From Candidatus Altimarinota bacterium (GTDB lineage: Bacteria > Patescibacteriota > Gracilibacteria > CAIRYL01 > GCA-016699755): a stretch of 64,000 nt of DNA. Each line of letters starts with the position of its first letter. Position 1 is the stretch's first letter. Where the stretch lies: contig JBGSOV010000020.1 of the NCBI GenBank assembly GCA_041738935.1, forward strand, positions 57,467 through 121,466. The letters run 5' to 3'. A program made the translations under genes and the position numbers. Shown piece after piece: positions 20,511-28,815 of the stretch. The notes under the pieces were generated by a model. That model saw only the letters and a program-made list of their open reading frames with translations. It was not told the origin of the DNA and made no database searches.

Positions 20511-20942
20511 ATTATTCAAAAAAAGAATGATGCAAGCATTCGCTCAAACGAAAATATTAGCAAGTATTTTGCGAAAAAAGCGCCAAATATGGCATACCAA
20601 AGAAAGGCGTTAATAAGCCACACAAAAATCGGATACTGGCTAGTGGCTCCCAAAGCCACGACTTTTGATTGTGTTTTTTATAAATTATGTTGTGGAGAAA
20701 TCTGCTAAGCATATCGAATAAGAAAGTTCCCCCGGACCAAGGGGAAGGAGCGGTGGAAGGAGCAACTATCCGTATTGCTCCACTTGTTTAATGAATGCAA
20801 AAACCGACTTTCGCTAGAAGGCTGTGATGTTTGTATCTGGAAATGGTCGTGATTACAAACTCTGAATAGTCGATTCTTTTGGCGTGCTATTGGATTCTCT
20901 TTTAACAAACATGGAGAGCAACTCGGGAGAGTTGCTCCACTA

Positions 20943-21440
20943 TTAGGCAGCTATTTCCAAATCCTGATCTGACTTTTGTTTTGCAAAATACCCCTCTATA
21001 TCTTCGACTTCTCTTGGAATATCGAGCCAAGAATATGCTGCTAACAGTTTTTCAGTAGTTTCTTGAATAAAAATTTCAACTTCTCGTTGTGATTGCCCAC
21101 CTGTACTATCATTTATTTCAATGACTCTATCATAAAATTCCTCTATTTTTCCGACTCCCCCACTTTCTAGTTCTCTGTTTTCTAATTCTTCGACACACTT
21201 TCCAACTGCGTTTGTTATTAGCATGAGTGGACTGCGCTGTTTAAAAACTCCAGGATTCACTTGGATAATTTCCGCAATAATATGCATCTGTATTATATTT
21301 CGAAAAGCCCCAAAAGCTTCTGCTTGCTTCTTTTCCCTAAGTGCCTGATCCGCACTCAATAATGCCTCTTTAGCGGCATTTCCCGAATCCAAGTATTTTT
21401 CATACCTGCCTTCTGCGCCCTGGCATCCTCCATCTGGCAT
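20943..21440 (-). CDS. Hypothetical protein (AT-rich orphan)
   Basis: 165-aa acidic helical ORF followed by a hairpin at 20916-20941. Confidence 0.7.
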   Translation of the reverse strand: MPDGGCQGAEGRYEKYLDSGNAAKEALLSADQALREKKQAEAFGAFRNIIQMHIIAEIIQVNPGVFKQRSPLMLITNAVGKCVEELENRELESGGVGKIEEFYDRVIEINDSTGGQSQREVEIFIQETTEKLLAAYSWLDIPREVEDIEGYFAKQKSDQDLEIAA

Positions 21441-21610
21441 AGTTCTTTAGAAACTGTTTTACCTTTTACCCACAAAATTTTTACTTGTCACGTAAATGCT
21501 GCTGACCACCCTGTGTCAACACCGACAAGCACTTTCAAATCCGTTTACTGGATTTGGTATGCGCAAATCACAAAATCCGACAAAAAAAATTTATGGCAAT
21601 ATGCGCAAAT

Positions 21611-21740
21611 CCCCTCAGCCCCCTTTAACAAGGGGATGAAAATACGATTCCTCGCTCAACTTTTTTATGACGAGAGGTATATCAGGTTTGATGGAGCTTG
21701 CGATTCCTCTCCCCCTGAGTCAGGGGGAGTTGGAGGGGGT
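21611..21740. repeat. Two oppositely oriented CCCCCT/AGGGGG dispersed repeats
   Basis: CCCCTCAGCCCCCTTTAACAAGGGG (21611-21635) and TCCCCCTGAGTCAGGGGGAGTTGGAGGGGGT (21710-21740). Confidence 0.75.
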
Positions 21741-21849
21741 CGATTGAAAAAATTACCACTCTTCACAATATAAAATTTTTGCTCCACGTTTATCTGTAGC
21801 ATTTGGATTTATGAAAGTCCTCTTATTCTTTTCAACGAGAGCGTTTTTG

Positions 21850-22491
21850 TTATTTTTTATACAACTTCAGCGGCACATCTTTGAGTTGCTCCGGCATTTC
21901 GTCTGGCAAATACGCCGGCGCGTGCAGCATGCTCATCGCATAGATCTCCCCTGCCGGTTGTTCGGCAAAAGTGTGCCCTCGGTGAACGCCGTAAAGCACC
22001 GAATATCCGCTGATACCGAGTGTGTCTTTTGCATCTGCAATTGCAGTGTTCAGTTGGTCGAGCGAAGTCGCATTGTTACAGACGTCTTCAATAAAGAGGA
22101 GGTGTTTGCCCTTGAGCTTGGCGGCTTGCTCGTCAAAAATTCCCAAAATGCCGTTGCGTTTTTCGGCATACGCATATTCGATACCGCGAGTCTCGAACAA
22201 TTTGAGTTGGATAACTTTTGGCAAAAACAGCGATCCCATCGCCACGCCGACGATGATCAGGTTGTCCTTGTCGCCAAACCACTCCTCGATCGCCCGTTCG
22301 TAAAACGGCACGAGCTGTTGCTCTTGAGCAGTGCTGAGGACTCGAAAATTGATGAAGTATTCGCCATGATAATGCCGTCCGTCCGGAGCGGTCTTTTTGT
22401 ATTCGAAATGCCCTTTTTGCACGATGCCAAATTGCTCAAGCAGGGTGACAAATTCCGTCTGTTCGGAAAATACGGTGAGATTTTTTGACAT
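21850..22491 (-). CDS. Type I phosphoribosyltransferase, orotate PRT-like
   Basis: GHF..., YAYAEK, PRPP-loop-like LLFIEDVCNNATS. Confidence 0.7.
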   Translation of the reverse strand: MSKNLTVFSEQTEFVTLLEQFGIVQKGHFEYKKTAPDGRHYHGEYFINFRVLSTAQEQQLVPFYERAIEEWFGDKDNLIIVGVAMGSLFLPKVIQLKLFETRGIEYAYAEKRNGILGIFDEQAAKLKGKHLLFIEDVCNNATSLDQLNTAIADAKDTLGISGYSVLYGVHRGHTFAEQPAGEIYAMSMLHAPAYLPDEMPEQLKDVPLKLYKK

Positions 22492-22610
22492 AACTGAGGA
22501 AGAAATCTGAACACTTCCACTCTAGCAAAAAACCATGTTCGACCATGCGAGTTTGCATTGCGAAAAATCACATATTATTTTATAATGAAGAGAATAAACA
22601 CCAAAACCCT

Positions 22611-24413
22611 ATGCCCGACGAACAACCGCTCACACCACCACAAACAGCGTCACCACCTCTAACGGCAAGTCCCGAAGACCGCTTGCCAATTCCGCGTGCT
22701 GTCGATCAAAATGAAATCGCCTCACAGCTGCGTACTGTCGGCAAAGCAAGTAATACAGAGGCATTTACTATCGGTGTTGGCGAAATCAATCAGCAATTCA
22801 AAGAGCGCGAAATTTCCGAAAAAGCGAAACAACTTGGCGTTCCCTATGTCAATTTGCTCGAACTTCCAATCAATCCGGACGTGTTTGGGATTATTGATCG
22901 CGAGCAATCGTTCGCTGCGAATTTGGTGCCTTTTTATAGTATCGGCAAACGTCTGCGTGTTGCCGTTACCGATCACACCAATCCCGCCAGTTTGGCACTC
23001 ATCAATCAGCTAAGAGAAAAATTTGAAATCGATGTCAATATCTGTTCGGCAGAATCACTCAAACACGCACAAAAGAATTATGACAAACGCTTTTACAGTA
23101 ACGAAAAAGAAGTTATTGCCTTCTTCGATCCAAATCGCGAAATCAATCTGCAAGACGAACTCGCGATTGCGAAAAAACTGCCGGAGAAAATGGCAGACCA
23201 AAAAAGCGATATTATTTTGAATCTTCTCCATGAAATTGTCTTGCGCTTGCGCGTTTCGGATATTCATATTCAGCCAGAAGAAACAGAAGTGGTCATTCGC
23301 GCTCGGGTCGACGGCGTTCTGACAGAAATCTGCCGCATTAGCTTTAAGATCAATAATCTCCTCGTGCAGCAGATCAAGCACGATGCTTCGCTCAAATACA
23401 ATATTACGAATATGCCGCAAGACGGCAAATATACTTTTATCGCGAGCGATCGCAATGTTGATGTTCGTGTCTCGACCTTGCCGACCAATTTTGGCGAAAG
23501 CGTGGTATTGCGTTTTTTGGACGCTAAGAAAGGGATTGTCGAACTCGAAAAACTTGGCTACCCAAAGCGTATTATTGGCGCTTTTGAAGAAGCAATTTTT
23601 AGTACCATGGGAATGATTCTTGTGACGGGTCCGACCGGCTCGGGAAAAACCACCACGCTTTATTCCGCCATCTCTCGCGTTAATACGCCAGATAAAAAAA
23701 TCGTCACGCTCGAGGATCCGATTGAGTTTCGCCTCAAAGGAGTTTTGCAATCGGGAGTCAACCACAGTGTCGGATTTGATTTTTCCAAAGGCTTGCGTTC
23801 GATTTTGCGCCAAGATCCGGATGTCGTACTCGTGGGAGAAATCCGCGACCAAGAAACCGCCGAAACCGCAGTGCAAGCAGCGCTTACCGGACATATTGTG
23901 TTTTCGACTTTACATACCAATTCTGCTGCTGATGCAATTCCGCGTTTGATGAACATGGGTGTCGCGGCGTTTGTGCTTGCGCCAGCGCTTCGTATGATTA
24001 CTGCGCAACGTCTAATCCGCAAGATTTGCGACAAATGTAAGTTTCAAAGACCGATTACTCCCGAAGAGCAAAAAGAACTTGCCGAAGTGGTCGAGACCGC
24101 CGAGCAAATCGGCTACCAATTGCAAATGCCGCCAATGGTGTCAGAAGGAAAAGGCTGCAATCATTGCGGCGGAATCAAGTTTCGCGGTGAAATTGCCGTC
24201 ACAGAAGTATTACGCGTAGACGACAAAATTCAAAAACTGATCTTCACCGACTTCTCTTCGCAAAATATCTCTCGTGTCGCGCGCGAAAACGGCATGCTCA
24301 CCATGTGGGAAGAAGGCATGGTAAAGGTCATCGAAGGGATTACAACGGTAGAAGAAGTAAAACGCAAGATTCAAAAAACCCCATCGCTCAAAACGCTGCA
24401 ACAAATCGCATGA
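22611..24413 (+). CDS. pilB: GspE/PilB-family pilus assembly ATPase
   Basis: SDIHIQP, PQDG, Walker A GPTGSGKTT, EDPIE, LRQDPDVVLVGEIRD, TGH..STLHTN, two CxxC pairs. Confidence 0.93.
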   Translation: MPDEQPLTPPQTASPPLTASPEDRLPIPRAVDQNEIASQLRTVGKASNTEAFTIGVGEINQQFKEREISEKAKQLGVPYVNLLELPINPDVFGIIDREQSFAANLVPFYSIGKRLRVAVTDHTNPASLALINQLREKFEIDVNICSAESLKHAQKNYDKRFYSNEKEVIAFFDPNREINLQDELAIAKKLPEKMADQKSDIILNLLHEIVLRLRVSDIHIQPEETEVVIRARVDGVLTEICRISFKINNLLVQQIKHDASLKYNITNMPQDGKYTFIASDRNVDVRVSTLPTNFGESVVLRFLDAKKGIVELEKLGYPKRIIGAFEEAIFSTMGMILVTGPTGSGKTTTLYSAISRVNTPDKKIVTLEDPIEFRLKGVLQSGVNHSVGFDFSKGLRSILRQDPDVVLVGEIRDQETAETAVQAALTGHIVFSTLHTNSAADAIPRLMNMGVAAFVLAPALRMITAQRLIRKICDKCKFQRPITPEEQKELAEVVETAEQIGYQLQMPPMVSEGKGCNHCGGIKFRGEIAVTEVLRVDDKIQKLIFTDFSSQNISRVARENGMLTMWEEGMVKVIEGITTVEEVKRKIQKTPSLKTLQQIA

Positions 24414-24444
24414 TAATAAAGCTGTGTTTTCTTTTTAATGCAAA

Positions 24445-25395
24445 ATGATTGCCAAAAATATCGACAATTCTGACCGCATAAACCCTGTTTCTGAAGATAA
24501 GGATAATTTTGGAGGTGATTTTCAAAAATTGAATATCAAACTCGATTCCATTGAGCGTGACCGTGAAATCACTCTTTGCATCGCGAACTTGTTAGCACAA
24601 GGTCTTCAAACACTTATTACCAAATTTGGAGCAGATGTTGTGCTTGAGACAATTACAAACCTATCCAGAGAAAAAGAAGGGAAGTCACTCACAATGAAGG
24701 ACGTATTGATACGACTGGAACCAGACAGTGAGAAAAGGAAACAACTTCTTCGAGAAATCCAAGATGATGCTAAGAGTCAAGCAAGAGAGATCGATTCTGC
24801 TACCACAGATGGAAGCAAAGATGACTACAAATATTTCCAAGCGGTATGGGGAATAGCAAAAAACTATGTTACAAGGATGGAACAGAATCTAGCTCATTTG
24901 AATGGGGGAAGTAGATGGTTTGTGAATGAAAAAGACAGTCTCATGGCTAATCACTGGCTTGAACAATTTGCATCGCTCGCGTTACAAGATGATGAAGAAA
25001 GGCAAAAAATTGGAAATCAGCTCGGAGTCGAAAAGAATAATATTTTTCAATTATTAGAGCAGAGAGATGCTATCAGCACAGAAGAGATGAATCAGTTACA
25101 AATAGAATGTAAAGCACTTCTTGAAAAGGTAACTACAATCATCGACAAGATTCGTGACGAACATACACAAGCCTTTGAAGAGTGGCGTCAAAATGTACTT
25201 GGCGATTTTAAATCAGTCAATCAAGTTGATGCTCAAAGCGAAGAAATACAAAGGGCTTTACGAGAAGTTTTGCAAACAGCAGAGCTTGGCATTTTGCAAA
25301 AAAATGAGATTACAAAAACAAAAATTGAAGAAGACTCAAAACCATTACGAGAATTATTGGGCATGATAGAAAGTGTTTTAGGTCGAGCTCGCTGA
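24445..25395 (+). CDS. Hypothetical coiled-coil protein (AT-rich orphan)
   Basis: 316-aa ORF with helical composition. Confidence 0.75.
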   Translation: MIAKNIDNSDRINPVSEDKDNFGGDFQKLNIKLDSIERDREITLCIANLLAQGLQTLITKFGADVVLETITNLSREKEGKSLTMKDVLIRLEPDSEKRKQLLREIQDDAKSQAREIDSATTDGSKDDYKYFQAVWGIAKNYVTRMEQNLAHLNGGSRWFVNEKDSLMANHWLEQFASLALQDDEERQKIGNQLGVEKNNIFQLLEQRDAISTEEMNQLQIECKALLEKVTTIIDKIRDEHTQAFEEWRQNVLGDFKSVNQVDAQSEEIQRALREVLQTAELGILQKNEITKTKIEEDSKPLRELLGMIESVLGRAR

Positions 25396-25536
25396 ATCTT
25401 AAATGTCGTTCGCGCAGTTCGTACAATAAGATTTTAAGTGGTAAAATCGTTAAATTTTGTTTTTTTAATCTGCGTTTTACGCTCTTGACAAAAGCACTAT
25501 AAAGTATGAATATATTTTTGCAAGTTTAATATTCGT

Positions 25537-25677
25537 ATGGCAAAAGGAATTGAGGGAAGCGGCTGGACTCGGGATGTAAGAGAAGGTGCGGAGAATCTCG
25601 CCATCGGGGCAACTATTGTCGGGATAACAGGCTACATAGGATGGCAGATTTTACAAGCAGGCATTCTGGTTGCTTAG
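25537..25677 (+). CDS. Small (46 aa) single-TM protein, below the ORF-track cutoff
   Basis: MAKGIEGSGWTRDVREGAENLAIGATIVGITGYIGWQILQAGILVA; AT-rich upstream region with TTGACA at 25485. Confidence 0.5.
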   Translation: MAKGIEGSGWTRDVREGAENLAIGATIVGITGYIGWQILQAGILVA

Positions 25678-25694
25678 ATTTATAGGAAAGAACT

Positions 25695-26273
25695 TTATGA
25701 TTCTTCCATTATCCGCTCGATCTCTTCCACGGATAGTTCGGGCTGGTTATTGATGGTCTGGATCTGATAATCGCAGTTTTTACCGCGTTCAATTTCCATA
25801 TCCATACTTTTGAGTCGCTCTTCAAGCTCGTCATCGGTTATCGGAGCACGCTTACGAATTCGCTCAATTAAGACCTCACGCGATGGTGGCAGAAGAAAAA
25901 ATGAAATGACTTCATCCCGAGATAATTGTTCTTCGATAGCTTCACACCCCTGAATATCAATATCACGGACGACAATCTTACCAGCTGCCAAATATGGCAG
26001 TACAGAAGATTTTTGTAGTCCATATCGCTCTTTACTGTGTACCCATGCCCATTCGAGAAATTCGTTATCGTGGATTTTTTTGTCAAATTCGTCCGAAGTA
26101 AAAAAATAATAATCTTTCTCGTTTTGTTCGTTCGGGCGTGGAAGACGCGTCGTTGATGAGACCGGAAAAATCCAATCTGGATGTCGCTCCTTGAGGATTT
26201 TAACAACTGTTCCCTTTCCGACGCCGGATGGTCCGACGATGAGGAGAAGCCGTCCATGAGAATTACTTGACAT
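25695..26273 (-). CDS. gmk: Guanylate kinase
   Basis: GPSGVGKGT, SSTTRLPR, DYYF, FLEWA, YG, DIDIQG, LLPPS. Confidence 0.96.
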   Translation of the reverse strand: MSSNSHGRLLLIVGPSGVGKGTVVKILKERHPDWIFPVSSTTRLPRPNEQNEKDYYFFTSDEFDKKIHDNEFLEWAWVHSKERYGLQKSSVLPYLAAGKIVVRDIDIQGCEAIEEQLSRDEVISFFLLPPSREVLIERIRKRAPITDDELEERLKSMDMEIERGKNCDYQIQTINNQPELSVEEIERIMEES

Positions 26274-26290
26274 AGTATTATATATGTTCT

Positions 26291-26959
26291 ATTATGCAAT
26301 GAATACCTGAGTCGTATTTCTGCATAAAGGACGTGACAAAAGGATAGAGGGAAACACTTGATTTTTCAACCCGCATCCGATAGAATGTCCTGAATACGAG
26401 CACAAAGCAAAAGTATTCGCCCTCAAAACCAAGAACCTTAAAACATCCGGCTTCCTACCAAAAAATCCGAAAAGTGGGGACAACGAGTCCTTGCGAGGAG
26501 AACATGCCAACATCAAGGTTTCGTTCTCCCTACTTTTCGATGGCCAACGACTAAGGCCGACCACCGAAAAGATCCCTCTATCTATTTGGGATCAAAACAA
26601 ACACAAAACAAACACAAAAAGTCTCGAAACGTACATTCACGTAGTTTCGAACACATCTCGTGTAAAAAAAACAAACACATACACGATGACCGTTGGAACC
26701 CCGGTCCAAAAAACAGGAGTTCCAAAGAACGGTAGGGAGCCTTGTGATAATCCGGAGTCGTCGGATATTCACATCAACTGCTCGTCAGTCACGCATTTCC
26801 TGGGTAGAACCTCTAAATTCCCCACACGGAAAGTGACTCATGAGCGAGAGAGTTATGACCCGAATGGAGCACCTCTGTACAGCGATATTTACCGCCTGAC
26901 ACGTGATCAAGTCTCCATTCGGGTTATTTCATTATTCAACCTGTTGTAAAAGAACAAAA
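26291..26959 (-). ncRNA. Candidate large structured noncoding RNA of unknown class
   Basis: More than 12 consecutive helices, a perfect 12-bp stem, long-range pairing, G-U wobbles that favour the minus strand, an upstream promoter, and no convincing ORF. Confidence 0.7.
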
Positions 26960-26965
26960 GAATAT

Positions 26966-26994
26966 AATTTAGAGTAAATTTATATTATTGTCAA
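26966..26994 (-). promoter_or_regulatory. Sigma70 promoter driving the structured RNA and possibly gmk
   Basis: TTGACA-17bp-TAAATT on the minus strand. Confidence 0.65.
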
Positions 26995-27025
26995 GTAGAT
27001 TTTCATTCGGGAATTTAAGATGTGC

Positions 27026-27352
27026 TTATGCAGCAGATTTTTTCGTTGGTGCTTCTGCTTTTACGGGAGCGCTTTTTTGCTGAGCATCTCCGGTAAACTT
27101 ATTCAGCAATCGGGCAATGCGAGATTTTTTGTGAGCAGCATTATTTTTGTGAATCAAATTCTTTTTGGCGCACGTATCAATGGATTTCTGTGCTTCATCA
27201 AAAAACTGACTGACTTTTTCGCCTTCACCAGCATCGCTCCATTTGACAAGGTTTTTGTAAAGTGAGCGCATCTTAGAAAGCTGAGCGTGGTTACGCACGC
27301 GAGTTTTGTCATTTTGACGCATTCTTTTTTTGGCGGAAGCAATAATCGGCAT
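27026..27352 (-). CDS. rpsT: 30S ribosomal protein S20
   Basis: MPIIASAKKRMRQN...IHKNNAAHKKSRIA. Confidence 0.95.
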   Translation of the reverse strand: MPIIASAKKRMRQNDKTRVRNHAQLSKMRSLYKNLVKWSDAGEGEKVSQFFDEAQKSIDTCAKKNLIHKNNAAHKKSRIARLLNKFTGDAQQKSAPVKAEAPTKKSAA

Positions 27353-27486
27353 GAGTGATGAAGAAAACAAAAAAATCGTGCGGTTATTCTGCCGATACTT
27401 TGTTGTAGAAGTCAAGGGCATTGCGACTACGGCTTGTTGCGTATAATTTTTTGTGCGATACTGGCGAAGATTTTTCCTCAACTTTC

Positions 27487-28785
27487 GTGGATCCCAAAGT
27501 AACTCGACTCTTCCGACTTTCGCTGATTTTATTTGTTGTGTGGCTTGTCCTCACATGGATTGCCCCCTCCAACAATCAAAAACAAGATGAGGTATCAACC
27601 GGCGTAACGGTCAAAGCGACCAAGAGTGAATATGCGCGTGGGCAATTGGTACAATTTAATGTCATCAATAATACTACCGAATCACAAGAAATCACTCTCG
27701 AACTCGAAAAACGTACAGATGGACAGTGGCAGCCGGTCGATGTTCCTGAACAAAAGTTTGTACTAGAGCCGCGCGAAAAGCATGCGGTCTCTTTTGAAAA
27801 TGAAAATATCGCTGTTTTTGGAGCAGCAGGCAAGTTCCGAGTACAGCTGAATGATGCCGCAACAAATGAATTTATTACCGAAACCGAATTTGGTGTCGAA
27901 GAACCAGGATTTTTACGAGCTCTCTGGCGCGGCATTTTCTACAAGCCACTCGAAAACGCATTGATATTTCTACTCGCTATCAGTGGTAAACACCTGTGGA
28001 TAGCGATTATTCTTCTGACACTTATCATCAAATTGCTGCTTTTGATTCCGAGTAAAAAAGGTATTATCGCGCAACAGAAAATGCAAAAAGTTCAACCCGA
28101 GTTGGAGCGAGTCCGCAAAAAATATGCGCATGACCCCCAACAACAAGCGCAAGAAATGATGGCACTTTGGAAAAAACACAAAGTTCATCCTGGCTCTGCT
28201 CTGTGGCCGACGCTGATTCAGTTTCCGATTCTGATCTCACTCTTTTTTGTGGTAAGAGAAGGACTCAAAGCTCATAACGAATATTTGCTCTACCCGATTC
28301 CGCTCTTGCAGAGTTTTGATTTTTCACAGATCAACTTTGATTTTTTGTGGCTGACACTTGATAAGCCGGATCCTTTTATTATCTTGCCGCTCACCATTGG
28401 ACTCTTGCAATTTGCTCAGCTCAAGACGATGAATGTTCGCCAAAAGCGCAAAAATATTGGCAAAGATAAGCCAGCACCAACCCAACAAGAATCAATGATG
28501 AAGATGATGACCTATATGCTTCCCGGCATCGTGGTCTTTTTCTCGGCAAGCCTGCCTGCTGCTGTGGGATTGTATTGGGGCGTTTCGACTTTGTTTAGCA
28601 TCACGCAACAAGAGCTTATCCATCGCAAAGGACAAGCTCACACGAAACATGAAGCTGGCGATGAGATTGTGATTGAGGCAAAAGATATCGAAACTGCTCC
28701 AAATGCAAAGAGTAACGGCAAAAAATCTGTGCAGCAAAAGAAATCTCCTTCCAAAAAAAAGCCGCCGGAGAAGAAATTCAAATAA
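27487..28785 (+). CDS. yidC: Membrane protein insertase YidC
   Basis: AIILLTLIIKLLL, MQKVQPEL, LIQFPILI, PAAVGLYW; GTG 27487 chosen as start. Confidence 0.92.
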   Translation: MDPKVTRLFRLSLILFVVWLVLTWIAPSNNQKQDEVSTGVTVKATKSEYARGQLVQFNVINNTTESQEITLELEKRTDGQWQPVDVPEQKFVLEPREKHAVSFENENIAVFGAAGKFRVQLNDAATNEFITETEFGVEEPGFLRALWRGIFYKPLENALIFLLAISGKHLWIAIILLTLIIKLLLLIPSKKGIIAQQKMQKVQPELERVRKKYAHDPQQQAQEMMALWKKHKVHPGSALWPTLIQFPILISLFFVVREGLKAHNEYLLYPIPLLQSFDFSQINFDFLWLTLDKPDPFIILPLTIGLLQFAQLKTMNVRQKRKNIGKDKPAPTQQESMMKMMTYMLPGIVVFFSASLPAAVGLYWGVSTLFSITQQELIHRKGQAHTKHEAGDEIVIEAKDIETAPNAKSNGKKSVQQKKSPSKKKPPEKKFK

Positions 28786-28815
28786 GCAAATACCTGCTCT
28801 TGTTTGATAGAAACC

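Noticed and set aside
21558-21611. Repeated TATGCGCAAATC and the 86-aa ORF 21513-21773
   Set aside because: The repeat is too short to interpret, and the ORF is largely built from dispersed repeats
26299-26949. Plus-strand 152-aa ORF (26491-26949), extendable to ATG 26299 by reading through two TGA codons
   Set aside because: TGA is a true stop in conserved genes here (ahcY, hydG, hydE, argJ, pilB), the peptide has no recognisable family, and the promoter and G-U pairing point to a minus-strand RNA
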